DNA of 64,000 nucleotides from Candidatus Sumerlaeales bacterium (GCA_038243585.1 JBBSQY010000001.1:120369-184368), one strand, 5' to 3'. Shown: positions 52,103-62,799, counted from the first letter of the stretch. Program-made: numbers and translations. Notes: generated from the sequence alone by a model not told the origin.

Positions 52103-53113
52103 TCATTGCGCGGCCGTATTCCCCTTCTTATCCCCGACCCACTCCAGTTCCGGTTTTCCATTCGCCAGGATGGCTTCCACCATCTTCTTTAATGTTCCGT
52201 CTTCAATATACTTATAAAGATTATCTCCCGGGCATGACGTCGTTGCAAGGTCACGGTGCCCATAAATCTTCAACGGCTCAATAGAAAATTCAGCTGTGGC
52301 CCACGCCATCAGTCCGGCAATCGATTTAAGCTGCTCTATATTGGGCTCAGCCTCACTGTAATTTCCAAAACAGTTAATCAGGAAATGCCCCCGCGGGTCA
52401 TACCGGGTATTCGTATCGCCCACATAACGATAATTCCGCGCTTCCAGGATAGAGCCGTCGATATCGATCATGAAGTGATAGGGTATGTCGAACCAGTTCC
52501 GATCATTTTCGCCCCACGCCTGCATCTTCTGCAATTTTTCGCCCAGGTTCTGTTCAGCAGTATGGGTCGTTGCACTATGGTGCAAGGTCAGTTTATCGAT
52601 ATCGTGCCTCACACGCAGCCGATACTCGGCTCCATTCGCTTTATCCGACCCCGCCACCTCTTTCGGCAACGAATCCACCATCGCCACTTCAACCACGGTT
52701 GACCCGAATCCGAGTTCGCCTTTCTTACCATAGATCGCCACTATCGCCACATGATAACCGTTCCAGTTAAATGCGGCCCCCTCATCCAGGGTTCGAGTCT
52801 CCGTCGTCCCGCGGCTTCTCAGCGAGATGCTCACCCGGTCCACGTCACCATCCGGCCGAGCCGCCATCATCTGCGTTACCGACAAAGTCAGGTCCCGGAA
52901 AGCAAGCGAATCCCCCGGAGCGAGGTTCATCCGTAGTCCGTCTGCGTCCACCCCCTTCGCCGGGGTTTCGCTCCAGGTCGAGTGTCTATAGACCTTAAGC
53001 TTTACCACATCACTCGTTGCGAGCACTGCGTCCTTGGCCTCTGCCGGAGAACTCGCCAGACATCCCAAAGGTATCAACAACATCGTAAGCAACAGAAACA
53101 AGTTTCGCAGCAT
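52103..53113 (-). CDS. Secreted PGRP-type N-acetylmuramoyl-L-alanine amidase
   Basis: TLHHS, WFDIPYHF, GNY, IYGHRD....SCPG. Confidence 0.88.
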   Translation of the reverse strand: MLRNLFLLLTMLLIPLGCLASSPAEAKDAVLATSDVVKLKVYRHSTWSETPAKGVDADGLRMNLAPGDSLAFRDLTLSVTQMMAARPDGDVDRVSISLRSRGTTETRTLDEGAAFNWNGYHVAIVAIYGKKGELGFGSTVVEVAMVDSLPKEVAGSDKANGAEYRLRVRHDIDKLTLHHSATTHTAEQNLGEKLQKMQAWGENDRNWFDIPYHFMIDIDGSILEARNYRYVGDTNTRYDPRGHFLINCFGNYSEAEPNIEQLKSIAGLMAWATAEFSIEPLKIYGHRDLATTSCPGDNLYKYIEDGTLKKMVEAILANGKPELEWVGDKKGNTAAQ

Positions 53114-53332
53114 GGGTCCAGCCTCGCGTAAAGTATTTTCGAAATAGAGCGACATCTCCACTCAAATAACGAAACGCCAATTCTCCCTGCAAGTGGAAAG
53201 CTCCCTTATCTAAGCGTCCTCGCACAGCGACACCACCACTCATAATTCGTAATTATCCCCCTAAGTATGGCAAAACCAGCCCGATGATAGCGAAAACACA
53301 ACTCTCACCCTCAGAGCAACTAAATGCCATGC

Positions 53333-53369
53333 AAAGAAAAGACCGATGCCGAAAATCCGGCACCGGTCC
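53333..53369 (-). terminator. Intrinsic terminator
   Basis: GACCGaTGCCG-aaaatc-CGGCAcCGGTC with A-rich flanks. Confidence 0.65.
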
Positions 53370-53433
53370 AAAAACAGCTAAGTTACTCAGCGTTGATTCG
53401 ATAAAATGCAGCCTGCACTATCGGCAGATCACA

Positions 53434-54546
53434 TTAATAGATTGTCCAGTCAGAAACGCCACTCGTATTATTAACGCTCAGCCGGAAGATGCTACCTGTG
53501 CTGGTCGGCGATGTTATAGTATTAGACGAATAACCATACACGTTTCCCGTGGCCGGATCCATTGCAATATCTATGGTTGCATTCGCGGCGTCCATATTGA
53601 TTGTGCCTGCATCATAAAGGGCATCGCCATCAGCATCAAGACCTGCGGCTGGAACAATATTATTCCAGGTCAGGCCGTCCACAGCGATGTTGGCTATGGC
53701 AAAACCATCCTGCGTCCCACCAGCTTCAGCCAGGGCGCCAAGAGAGTTGTCGGCATTGACAGCAAGGCCCTGCTTGGCGAAGACGGCATATTGTGACACA
53801 TCGGTGCCGGCAGTTGCGCTAAAGGTGGGAGTATAAGCGACAGTATACTTTTTGATCGCGAGACCTGAGTTGGTTGATGCAACAACATTGAGTCCGTCAT
53901 GAGAACCGATAGAATGGACTTCACCTGCACCTGCGAATCCGGAAGCAAACTGACCCAGATAACTAAACACATTCGGCGTTGCTAGCGAGTTTCCGAAGAC
54001 AATGATTTTGGTGGCTCTGCCAACGAATATCTTGGCTGTGCCTAGTCCGACGTTACCGGTAACTTCAAGAGCACGGGAAGTGCCCGTTATTGCCGGAACA
54101 ATTGTGGCATAATCCGCAGCAGCAATAACAGTCAGAAGTGTTCCAGCCGTGGTATAGCGCTGCACTGTGCCACCAAATCCATTAACGAAGATGTAGCCAT
54201 CCTCACTGGTGGCCAGGCGGTAATGGTCAAGCGGGGCATCGCCGGTTGACTGGGTAGGAAAACTTCCAAAATTCATTCCGTCGCTTGCGCGAAGCATCTG
54301 GATGTCAACCGTAGCCCCCGTGCCTGTGATCGCTGCAACTAGATCAATATTAAGACTATTTTGGGCAGCGCCACCGGCGATAAAATCGATACCGCGACCG
54401 ACGTTGGTCGCAGAATCGATCCAGCCGTTGCCACTGGCAGCACCACTACCGCCGGTGACGAGCCAGTCTTGCTCCACAGTCTGACCCTGTAAAGCGGAAG
54501 GCATCAGCATTGCTGCCGCCAGTAATGATAAATAAATTCGTTTCAT
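53434..54546 (-). CDS. Secreted beta-rich surface protein with C-terminal VSDWTIY tag
   Basis: Signal peptide MKRIYLSLLAAAMLMPSALQG; Gly/Ala/Thr-rich, no Cys; ends TSGVSDWTIY. Confidence 0.85.
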   Translation of the reverse strand: MKRIYLSLLAAAMLMPSALQGQTVEQDWLVTGGSGAASGNGWIDSATNVGRGIDFIAGGAAQNSLNIDLVAAITGTGATVDIQMLRASDGMNFGSFPTQSTGDAPLDHYRLATSEDGYIFVNGFGGTVQRYTTAGTLLTVIAAADYATIVPAITGTSRALEVTGNVGLGTAKIFVGRATKIIVFGNSLATPNVFSYLGQFASGFAGAGEVHSIGSHDGLNVVASTNSGLAIKKYTVAYTPTFSATAGTDVSQYAVFAKQGLAVNADNSLGALAEAGGTQDGFAIANIAVDGLTWNNIVPAAGLDADGDALYDAGTINMDAANATIDIAMDPATGNVYGYSSNTITSPTSTGSIFRLSVNNTSGVSDWTIY

Positions 54547-54737
54547 AAGCAATTATCCCCTAAGGCTAATTTTGATCTTCATTGGAAAACAGGCAGCATA
54601 ACAAGTTGCAACCATATAATCCGAATAACGGAAATGGAAGTGAACCCGGGTATTATTCTAACTAGAAGGCAGAAAGTTAGCGCTCACGTCCAGGATTTTA
54701 CGTCCCGCTTACAGAACGATATACGAATGCGCGAGCC

Positions 54738-55868
54738 TTACACCGCCTGCGGGCGTTCTGCCAGATAAGCCCTATACTGGTTCAGCAGGTCTTCAATCTC
54801 CGAGTAAGTTTCTACCGTCATCAGTTTCGTGCGGAGGGTTTTGCAGCCCGGGATTCCCTTAATATATTGCTGGCTGTGCTTGCGCATTTCTTTCACGGCC
54901 CGGTTCTCGCCCTTGATGTCGATAGTCAGTTTCGTATGCGTCAGGATCAGGTCCAGGCGTTCGTCGATGCCGACTTCTTTCATGTAATAGGGCACCTTGA
55001 TCGGCACGTGCTCACCGTTGTCTTCCACCAAAACCAGCTCGTCACCGGGCACTTCGCTTTCGTGACCGACCCTGCCGGTAAACAAATCATTAACTGCCGC
55101 CTGGCACGCGCGGAGCAGCCAGGGGTTTCCGATGATGCCGCGGCCCAGCATGACGGCGTCGCAGCCAGTCTCGCGAAACATACGCACGGCGTCGGCGGGC
55201 GACATCACGTCGCCGTTTCCGATCACGGGAATGGCAAGAGCTTCCTTCATGGCTGTGATAAGGGTCCAGTCGGCCTTGCCTTTATAGCCCTGTTCACGGG
55301 TACGCGCGTGCAGGGCAACGGCCTGAGCGCCTTCGTCCTGGCACAGCTTTCCGAGGTCAATGGCGGAAATTTCTTTGCCGTTCCAACCGGCCCGCATCTT
55401 TACCGTAAACGGAATGCTGACAGCCCGGCTGACGGCTCGCACAATCTCCGCCACAAGCTTCGTATCCCGCATGAGTGCGCTGCCGCAATCGTTGCCCGTC
55501 ACGTTTCGCGCAGGACAACCCATATTGAGATCGACAATAGTCGCGCCCGCGGCTTCGACCATCTGGGCGGCCCGGGCGAGAGATGTTGGATTGCTGCCCA
55601 GCAACTGCACGGTAACCGGTTGCTCGCTGCGGTCAAGATCCAGCAGTCGCCAGGTGTTCGCGTCATCACGGATAAGCCCCTCGGCTGAGACCATCTGCGT
55701 AGTCACCAGATCGGCTCCCATCGTGCGCGTCAGCCCGCGATATGCCCGGTCGCTGATATTGCACATAGGAGCCGGTATAACGCGGCATTTCAGGTTTACG
55801 TTGCCGATGCTGAAGCCCGGCGTGCGCCCAAGAAGGCTTGTGTTTGTCGGTGTTATTGTTTCAGTCAT
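54738..55868 (-). CDS. dusB: tRNA-dihydrouridine synthase B
   Basis: APM, VQLLG, DLNMGCP, TVKMRAGW, LHARTR, VIGNGD, GRG..GNPW, EMRKH. Confidence 0.93.
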   Translation of the reverse strand: MTETITPTNTSLLGRTPGFSIGNVNLKCRVIPAPMCNISDRAYRGLTRTMGADLVTTQMVSAEGLIRDDANTWRLLDLDRSEQPVTVQLLGSNPTSLARAAQMVEAAGATIVDLNMGCPARNVTGNDCGSALMRDTKLVAEIVRAVSRAVSIPFTVKMRAGWNGKEISAIDLGKLCQDEGAQAVALHARTREQGYKGKADWTLITAMKEALAIPVIGNGDVMSPADAVRMFRETGCDAVMLGRGIIGNPWLLRACQAAVNDLFTGRVGHESEVPGDELVLVEDNGEHVPIKVPYYMKEVGIDERLDLILTHTKLTIDIKGENRAVKEMRKHSQQYIKGIPGCKTLRTKLMTVETYSEIEDLLNQYRAYLAERPQAV

Positions 55869-55963
55869 AATAAAGAATAGGGCAACCGCAGAAGAAACAT
55901 TCCGACAGGAGACCTACCCTATGAACGGCAGCAGGTTACCAGCCCGAAACGCTTTAAAGGCAG

Positions 55964-56737
55964 TTACGTGATACCTGCGAAAAGTTCCTTTTCAATTTCC
56001 GCGTAATAAGCCTTCACCTGCTTCTCAAACGCAGGAGTTCCAGCGACAACTTTAAAGTAACTGGCCGCTTCTGTGTATTTATCTTCCTTCATCGCAATCT
56101 CACCCATGGTAAAATTGGCGCGCATATCGAGCTTGTTAAACTTCAGTGCTGCCTGCAAACTTGTTTTGGCCCCCGCCAGATCTCCCATGTTATACTGAAC
56201 CATGCCAATCATCGTATTAAAATCAACCGGAGGCCGGGGATTTCCCTGCTCGTCAGGTGGGAGATTTGCCCGATTTGCCTGCGCCTTCTGGAAATACTCC
56301 AAGGCCTTGTCATACTTTTTCATATGAAAGTGGGAGTAACCCAGTTCCGAGAGGTACGTGGGGCTTAAAGAAACTTCAGTAATGCCCGCCTCTTCGCCGC
56401 TCTTAACAAGGCTTTCCAAGTGTCTAACCGCCGCCGGCCAGTCACCCTGCTTCTGTGCTTTCAAGCTGCGAAAACGCGTCATGTCGGTCACCCAGTTGTC
56501 CTTCAACAGAAACAGGGTCAGGGCCATAACGACGGCAAAAATGCCGATAAGCAGCCAGGCCGGTATAAGATCCTCTTTCTCCACCGTGTTTACAGGCGCC
56601 GAGGAATCGCTGTCGCCAAGGGGCCTATTCGGAGCAAGAGTGCCGGTTTTTCTGCGAAATGGCGAAGAGCTCTCGCGGTCGCCCGAGGGCGTCTGTGGGG
56701 CCTTGCCCTTGGCTGGTACATCATTGTTGAGGGACAT
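55964..56737 (-). CDS. Membrane-anchored TPR protein
   Basis: Single TM then TPR-like ELGY....KKYDKALEYFQKA. Confidence 0.8.
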   Translation of the reverse strand: MSLNNDVPAKGKAPQTPSGDRESSSPFRRKTGTLAPNRPLGDSDSSAPVNTVEKEDLIPAWLLIGIFAVVMALTLFLLKDNWVTDMTRFRSLKAQKQGDWPAAVRHLESLVKSGEEAGITEVSLSPTYLSELGYSHFHMKKYDKALEYFQKAQANRANLPPDEQGNPRPPVDFNTMIGMVQYNMGDLAGAKTSLQAALKFNKLDMRANFTMGEIAMKEDKYTEAASYFKVVAGTPAFEKQVKAYYAEIEKELFAGIT

Positions 56738-56889
56738 ATTATTTTTCGTCCTTGCTGGGTGCGGTCATGGTCAGCTCCTGCAAATTGCCTTATGGCCGAT
56801 GCGGCGCAAGGCAAGAAGTATAAACTGGAGGGCGCTTTTAATCAGCAAAAGCGGTTGCCAAGGCCGGTTGCCGTGCATGACTTGGTAAA

Positions 56890-57594
56890 ATGAAGATTCT
56901 TGCCACGCTTCCCACTTATAATGAATCCGGAAATATTTGTCCGCTGATAGAAGAGCTGCTCGCCCTCGACCCAATGCTTGAGGTGCTGGTCGTGGATGAC
57001 GATTCGCCGGATGGCACCTGGCGTCTGGTACAGGAAAAATCCACGAAAGAAAAGCGAATTCACCTTATCCATCGCACCGGAGAACGTGGTCGCGGTACCG
57101 CCGGACTAGCCGCTTTCCGATTCGCCCGAGACAACGGCTACGACGCCGCAGTGGAAATGGACGCAGATTTCAGCCACCACCCTCGGTTTATTCCGTCGCT
57201 GCTCGATCCCCTTCGCAAGGGCGATGCGGATATCGTCATCGGCAGCCGATTGGTAGAAGGCGGCGGCGAAACGGGTCGTCATCCGCTAAGACGCTATATC
57301 ACCCTCGCCGCGAACGGCTATATCCGGATGCTGCTGAAATTACCGATACGCGATTGCACCACTGGCTTTCGCGCCTTCAACCGCAAGGCCCTCGAGGCCA
57401 TTCCCTGGGAAACGCTGGACGCGCGCGGTCCGGAAATTGTGCAGGAGGTATTAATCCACGCCCGCGCCGCCGGACTCACCATGGTGGAAAGGCCCATTCT
57501 TTTTGAAGAGCGACGGGCTGGAACCAGTACCTTTAACTACGGCATTATGGCCCGAAGCTTTCAATACGTCTGGCGAAAGAGGGACAGGAAATGA
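56890..57594 (+). CDS. Polyprenol-phosphate mannose synthase-like GT2
   Basis: PTYNE, VDDDSPDGT, MDADFSH.P, GSR, DCTTGFR, FEERRAG.S. Confidence 0.92.
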   Translation: MKILATLPTYNESGNICPLIEELLALDPMLEVLVVDDDSPDGTWRLVQEKSTKEKRIHLIHRTGERGRGTAGLAAFRFARDNGYDAAVEMDADFSHHPRFIPSLLDPLRKGDADIVIGSRLVEGGGETGRHPLRRYITLAANGYIRMLLKLPIRDCTTGFRAFNRKALEAIPWETLDARGPEIVQEVLIHARAAGLTMVERPILFEERRAGTSTFNYGIMARSFQYVWRKRDRK

Positions 57595-57652
57595 AACACA
57601 AGTGCAACCACTGGACTTTTTCCCTCTCCCTTACTGATACTGAGTTTTTTTC

Positions 57653-58150
57653 GTGGCGTTAGGGTCCCTGTTTATCCTTGCCCCGACCATCGGGTGGGCA
57701 GCCCCGCTGGTGTGGCCGCTGGTGCTAACCGCCGCCGGGGCGCTTGGCTACAAACAGGTGACGTCCATAGCCGACAACGCCCCGCTACGCGGCGAAGCAA
57801 ACGCCGCTATTAATGCGCAAAAAATCGTGGAGATTCCCCTGGAAGCGCAGGTGATCGACGCTGTTGAGGATGAGGTCAAACGCGACCAGGTGCTCCGTTT
57901 TGTCAAAGGCGACATTGTTGTGGTGTTCAAACGCGACCTTCGCGGAAAATTTTCCGTTCAGGTTTCCGGTCCTGACACTCTCACTCGCCGGGAACTGGAA
58001 TTCGCCGGCCGGGAGTTTCTTGGTGCCGTTGTACAGCAGTTCGCCTATAACAAAATGGCGGAACAAATGGAACGCCGGGGCGCAAACATTATAGGCGAGG
58101 AAATCACTGAAGAGGGCGATATAGTGCTTAAACTTCGCCGCTGGGAATAA
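57653..58150 (+). CDS. DUF1257/Ycf35-like protein with N-terminal hydrophobic helix
   Basis: QQFAYN......RRG.....EE.TEEGDIVLKLRRW C-terminus. Confidence 0.6.
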   Translation: MALGSLFILAPTIGWAAPLVWPLVLTAAGALGYKQVTSIADNAPLRGEANAAINAQKIVEIPLEAQVIDAVEDEVKRDQVLRFVKGDIVVVFKRDLRGKFSVQVSGPDTLTRRELEFAGREFLGAVVQQFAYNKMAEQMERRGANIIGEEITEEGDIVLKLRRWE

Positions 58151-58284
58151 ACCGGCTTATAATCATAGGTTGCTCCCGAAATCCCGGTCCACATCCGACG
58201 GCGCAGATGGTTTTCCAAACAGGACCATAACCGACGGTTGCGTGGCCGGCTCATTATACAGTTATTTTTTACAAGGAACCACCC

Positions 58285-59091
58285 ATGGAAATAGTCATAG
58301 TTCAAGATCGCGCCGCACTGGCCGATTACGCCGCTCAGATCATAGGAAAACAGATACACACCAAGCCCGACAGCGTGCTCGGGCTCGCCACCGGCAGCAC
58401 GCCGGTAGAGACCTACCAGCGCCTGGTGGAGGCCCACAAATCTAAGGGGCTGGATTTTTCCAAAGTACGAACCTTTAACCTGGACGAGTATCTTGGCCTC
58501 CCCCGCGACCACAACCAGAGTTATCACTTTTTCATGCATGACAGGCTTTTTAATCATGTAAACATAGCCCCGGAAAACGTCAACCTGCCCGACGGCATGG
58601 CCATGGATCCCGAAACCGCCTGTGCTGATTACGAAAACAAAATCGCAGATGCCGGAGGCATAGACCTGCAACTTCTAGGCGTAGGCGGCAATGGCCACAT
58701 CGCCTTTAACGAACCCGGCAGTTCCCTTGCCGGGCCAACAACCATAAAAGTCCTCACCCGCCAGACAGTCAGCGATAACGCACGGCTGTTCTTTGACGGA
58801 AACGAAGAGGAAGTCCCGAAATTTGCCATTACCATGGGCGTCGGTTCCATACTGGCTGCGCGCAAAGTCCTGTTGATCGCCACCGGCACCGAAAAGGCCG
58901 CTATAGTACGAGCTTTCGTGGAAGGTCCGCTCACAGCGTCCGTCACCGCCAGCGCGTTGCAAATGCATCCCAACGCCACAATAGTACTGGATGAAGAAGC
59001 TGCTTCAAAACTGGAAAACATCGAATACTACCGATGGGTCCAATCGCAAAAATCAGAATATGAAAAGCTGAAAAATCGCCTGGCCAAATGA
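58285..59091 (+). CDS. nagB: Glucosamine-6-phosphate deaminase
   Basis: VLGLATGSTP, FNLDEY, GGIDLQLLG.G.NGHIAFNEPGSS, TMGVG, ASALQMH. Confidence 0.97.
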   Translation: MEIVIVQDRAALADYAAQIIGKQIHTKPDSVLGLATGSTPVETYQRLVEAHKSKGLDFSKVRTFNLDEYLGLPRDHNQSYHFFMHDRLFNHVNIAPENVNLPDGMAMDPETACADYENKIADAGGIDLQLLGVGGNGHIAFNEPGSSLAGPTTIKVLTRQTVSDNARLFFDGNEEEVPKFAITMGVGSILAARKVLLIATGTEKAAIVRAFVEGPLTASVTASALQMHPNATIVLDEEAASKLENIEYYRWVQSQKSEYEKLKNRLAK

Positions 59092-59115
59092 AGTAGCATA
59101 GGCGTCCCGCCTGTG
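59090..59115 (+). repeat. REP family A copy overlapping nagB stop
   Basis: GAAGTAGCATAGGCGTCCCGCCTGTG. Confidence 0.85.
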
Positions 59116-59475
59116 TCATTTAAATTGACATCGGCATCCCATAAAGAACGAAGGCCCGCGCCACGTTAAAATTCTGCACACACCATTCGTTTTTCACTTG
59201 CGTATGAGCTGTCATCTGTTATCACCAGATAAGTGCAAGGTCCTTAACATACATCATAGATCAGCTCGACCTGCTTGGCAACCTTGACACCCGTTCTTTC
59301 GTTTAAAACGCATGTAATAATCTGGAGCATTACTTGCGTAAAGGCATTCCAGTCTCAAGCGCCATTGGCGTCATCTGGGGCCAGTTTTAGCGAATGTATT
59401 GCCGTATTCTCTGCCGGGGAAGGACGCGGCTTCCGCATAGCTGACTATTGCAGTCGATAGAAGGGAAATCGAAGC

Positions 59476-59937
59476 ATGGACATTCACGTCCGAAACAAAA
59501 GCAAACACAATATCATCACGACACATCGCCTGAAGAAGATCACCCAGAACGTGCTGAAGCTGATCCTTGAAGAAAAAGGACGCACAACTGCGGAGGTATC
59601 TATCGTATTCGTGGACGACGGCGAGATGCGGAACCTCAACCGTAACTATCGGGGAATCAACAAGTCAACCGACGTCCTCGCCTTCCCTATGAACGAAGGG
59701 CGCTTTGCCTCTATCAACCCGGATCTCATGGGCGATATAGTTATATCGGTACCCCGCGCCCAACTGCAGTCGGAAACCCATGAGCACTCGCTTGAACGAG
59801 AACTGACGACGCTCCTCATTCATGGCCTGCTCCACCTGTTTGGCTACGATCACGGCACAGACAAAGAAGAGGCCGCCATGAAGGAACTGGAAGTCGAATA
59901 CATGATGCTGGTGGAAGAAGAGCTTAGTATCGCCTGA
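59476..59937 (+). CDS. ybeY: rRNA maturation endoribonuclease YbeY
   Basis: LNRNYRG..KSTDVLAF, GDIVIS, HGLLHLFGYDH. Confidence 0.96.
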   Translation: MDIHVRNKSKHNIITTHRLKKITQNVLKLILEEKGRTTAEVSIVFVDDGEMRNLNRNYRGINKSTDVLAFPMNEGRFASINPDLMGDIVISVPRAQLQSETHEHSLERELTTLLIHGLLHLFGYDHGTDKEEAAMKELEVEYMMLVEEELSIA

Positions 59938-59986
59938 TAAAGCACCGCCTCCAATGCGCCATAATTACTCACCTTTGAAATACACC

Positions 59987-60027
59987 GGCCCGGAAATGTC
60001 ACATTGTGACGGTTCCGGGCTGTTTTC
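59987..60027 (+). terminator. Intrinsic terminator after ybeY
   Basis: GCCCGGAA..GTCAC-att-GTGAC..TTCCGGGC then TGTTTT. Confidence 0.65.
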
Positions 60028-60033
60028 ATTTAT

Positions 60034-60203
60034 AATGCAGGATGGGCATTCCTGCCCGTCTCGCACCAGCCCAGGCAAAAAAGTAGTCGCCGAAAGCTCA
60101 AAAACGTTGTTAAACTACTCGTCCTGATTGATGTCAAAGCAGCATTGCAAACCTGTCAAACAACGTCGTCAACTGAGACGGCCAGGAATGCCCATCCTAC
60201 ATT
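60034..60203. repeat. Inverted REP family B doublet (REPIN/MITE-like, 170 bp)
   Basis: aatgcaggatgggcattcctgcccgtctc at 60034-60062 and its near-perfect reverse complement at 60175-60203. Confidence 0.8.
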
Positions 60204-60245
60204 TCCAACCGCGCCAACGCGACACGACAGCCGTGAAATCCCGGC

Positions 60246-60277
60246 AAAAAAAAGACGGGCCTTTTCAGGCCCGTCTT
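60246..60277 (-). terminator. Intrinsic terminator after ahcY
   Basis: AAGACGGGCCT-tttc-AGGCCCGTCTT with A-run. Confidence 0.85.
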
Positions 60278-60299
60278 AATCTAATAGCTGTTTTATTGC

Positions 60300-61736
60300 T
60301 TAGTAGCGATAATGATCTGTCTTATACGGGCCAGATACCGGCACACCGATATAGTCGGCCTGCTTCTTCGTAAGCTCGGTCAGTTTTACACCAAGCTGGT
60401 CCAGGTGCAGACGTGCAACCTTTTCGTCCAATTCCTTTGGAAGCACATAAACCTGACCGGATTCATACTTGCCGGAGTTACGTTCCGTCCAAAGTTCGAT
60501 CTGGGCCAGGGTCTGGTTCGTGAAGCTGTTGCTCATGACAAAGCTCGGGTGGCCGGTGGCGCACCCGAGATTCACCAGGCGTCCACGCGCCAGGATCGTA
60601 ACGCGCTTGCCGTCGGGCCATTCGATCTGATCAACCTGCGGCTTGATTTCAAACGCCTTCAGCTTAGGATCGTTGAACACGGCGTTGACCTGGATCTCAG
60701 AGTCGAAGTGACCGATGTTGCAGACGATAGCCTGGTGCTTCATTTTCGACATATGATCCGCCGTGATGACGTCCGCATTGCCGGTGCATGTGATGAAGAT
60801 GTCTCCATAGGCGCAGGCGTCATCCATTGTCACGACCGAGTAGCCTTCCATGGCTGCCTGTAGTGCGCAGATGGGGTCGATCTCCGTAACACTGACGATG
60901 GCACCAAGACCGCGGAAGCTCTGCGCGGTTCCCTTGCCCACATCGCCATAACCAGCCACGACGACGCGCTTGCCGGCGATCATAACATCCGTCGCTCGCT
61001 TGACAGCATCGACGCTGCTCTCGCGGCAACCATACAGGTTGTCGAACTTCGATTTCGTGCAGCTATCGTTTACGTTGATGGCCGGGAACAGCAGCTTACC
61101 GTCGCGGGCCATTTCGTACAGGCGATGGACGCCGGTCGTGGTCTCTTCGCTCACGCCCTGCATCTTCTCACCCATTACGCGCCAGCAGTTTGGGTTCTCG
61201 TCCAGGGTCTTGTTCAGCAGCGTGTCAATGATTTCGATTTCTTCATTGTCCGTGCTGATGGCTGGCTTAACGCCCGTCTTTTCATATTCCGCTTCGCGCT
61301 CTGCGCCGCGGATGATCAGCAGGGTAGCGTCGCCGCCGTCGTCAACGATCAGGTCCGGTCCGCCGTCTTCGTGGGCCAGAGCCATCTTGGTGTATTCCCA
61401 ATACTCTTCCAGGGTCTCGCCTTTATAGGCGAACACAGGAATGCCGCTCTCCGCGATGGCCGCCGCGGCGTGATCCTGCGTGCTGTAGATGTTGCACGAT
61501 GCCCAGCGGATATCCGCGCCCAGGTCTGCCAGTGTTTCGATCAGCACAGCAGTCTGAATGGTCATGTGCAATGAACCGGTGATCTTAGCGCCGGCCAGGG
61601 GCTTGCTCGCGGCATATTCTTTACGGACGGACATCAGGCCCGGCATTTCGTGTTCCGCAATGGTGATTTCGTCGCGGCCAAATTTCGCCAATGAAATATC
61701 TTTTACGATATAATCGGCAGTTGTTGTTGCGCTCAT
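60300..61736 (-). CDS. ahcY: Adenosylhomocysteinase
   Basis: [73 protein letters not shown]. Confidence 0.98.
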   Translation of the reverse strand: MSATTTADYIVKDISLAKFGRDEITIAEHEMPGLMSVRKEYAASKPLAGAKITGSLHMTIQTAVLIETLADLGADIRWASCNIYSTQDHAAAAIAESGIPVFAYKGETLEEYWEYTKMALAHEDGGPDLIVDDGGDATLLIIRGAEREAEYEKTGVKPAISTDNEEIEIIDTLLNKTLDENPNCWRVMGEKMQGVSEETTTGVHRLYEMARDGKLLFPAINVNDSCTKSKFDNLYGCRESSVDAVKRATDVMIAGKRVVVAGYGDVGKGTAQSFRGLGAIVSVTEIDPICALQAAMEGYSVVTMDDACAYGDIFITCTGNADVITADHMSKMKHQAIVCNIGHFDSEIQVNAVFNDPKLKAFEIKPQVDQIEWPDGKRVTILARGRLVNLGCATGHPSFVMSNSFTNQTLAQIELWTERNSGKYESGQVYVLPKELDEKVARLHLDQLGVKLTELTKKQADYIGVPVSGPYKTDHYRY

Positions 61737-61764
61737 TTGTGTTCCCTTTCTGGGTTTCGTTTCT

Positions 61765-62769
61765 CTATTTTTGGCTGCGGTTTGCAGCCTGTAAACTTGA
61801 TGATACAGCGCGCCGCGCGGTGATGGCATACAGCGGCGGCAACGGCGCCAGTTCGTGGCCCGGCAAATCAGGCTGACCCAGCTCGTGGCGTATCACGTCT
61901 TCAAAACCCGCCCGCGCCAGCCGGTCCGACAGGTCATCAGGATCAACGCCGGCACGTTCATCGGCCATGCGAACCTGAAACGTTGAGTTTTTGTGAGGCA
62001 AAAAGTCCACTATCAGCAGGCGCCCGCCAGGTCGGGTTACCCGACTAAGTTCAGCCACCGCTTCATCCAGTTGCGGTAGATGATGAAGCATGAGCACCAG
62101 TAATGCGAGGTCGACATCTGCGTTAGCAAGCGGCAGTTTTTCAAGCCGACCTTCGTGAAACTCAATGGATGTGCCGTTGCGGCCCGCGCCGACGCGGCGT
62201 TCAGCCAGTTCCAGCATCGGCGCGCTGGAATCTACCGCGATAACCCGGTTGAAGTGCCGCGCCAGGTGCGGCAGCAGATACCCTGTGCCAGCGCCAAGAT
62301 CAGCCACCGTCCACTCGTTAGGGAGCAGCGTCATAAACGCTTCCAGATGAAACGCGGCACCAAAACAGGACTCCCGCAAGGCGTCCCACTGGAGCCCAAT
62401 CTGGTTGAAAAACTGCCCCTGCTCCGTTGCGCGCAACGCCACCACGTGATCCATGCGGTCGCGATCAGCAGCAGACATTTGCTCCGGCGACAGCATCTCC
62501 GCAAGCGTCTGCCGCAGACGCCCCTGCCCATTAGCGACCTCCGCGTTAAGGGTGGCGCGGTAATAAGTAGCCGGCCCAACGGCGCGATCCGTTACAAGAC
62601 CTTCACCCCTCAAAGCTTTCAGATGCCGACTCACATTGGATTGCGGAAGATCCACCACGCGCACAAGCTCGCCCACGCTGAGCTCTTCCGTATGCAACAG
62701 ATGGAGCAATCGCAGCCGAATAGGATCGGCAACGGCGCGAAGTAAGAGGCTGACAGAAAGATGGTCCAT
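61765..62769 (-). CDS. ArsR-HTH + SAM-binding methyltransferase-fold regulator (SahR/SamR-like)
   Basis: [36 protein letters not shown]; directly upstream of ahcY. Confidence 0.9.
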   Translation of the reverse strand: MDHLSVSLLLRAVADPIRLRLLHLLHTEELSVGELVRVVDLPQSNVSRHLKALRGEGLVTDRAVGPATYYRATLNAEVANGQGRLRQTLAEMLSPEQMSAADRDRMDHVVALRATEQGQFFNQIGLQWDALRESCFGAAFHLEAFMTLLPNEWTVADLGAGTGYLLPHLARHFNRVIAVDSSAPMLELAERRVGAGRNGTSIEFHEGRLEKLPLANADVDLALLVLMLHHLPQLDEAVAELSRVTRPGGRLLIVDFLPHKNSTFQVRMADERAGVDPDDLSDRLARAGFEDVIRHELGQPDLPGHELAPLPPLYAITARRAVSSSLQAANRSQK

Positions 62770-62779
62770 TAAAATCCCT

Positions 62780-62799
62780 ATATCCAGATTAAAGGATAA
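62780..62799. promoter_or_regulatory. Candidate SahR/SamR-type operator
   Basis: ATATCCAGATTAAAGGATAA, TATCC-N8-GGATA arms, 10 nt upstream of regulator start. Confidence 0.55.

Noticed and set aside
51241..55688. Plus-strand ORFs 51241-52284 and 54867-55688
   Set aside because: Antisense shadows of the gldA-like and dusB genes.
59116..59475. ncRNA in the 360-nt leader of ybeY
   Set aside because: No recognisable motif or strong structure by eye; an Rfam scan is needed.
61737..61764. SAH/SAM riboswitch before ahcY
   Set aside because: Only 28 nt intergenic; the upstream regulator offers a simpler explanation.
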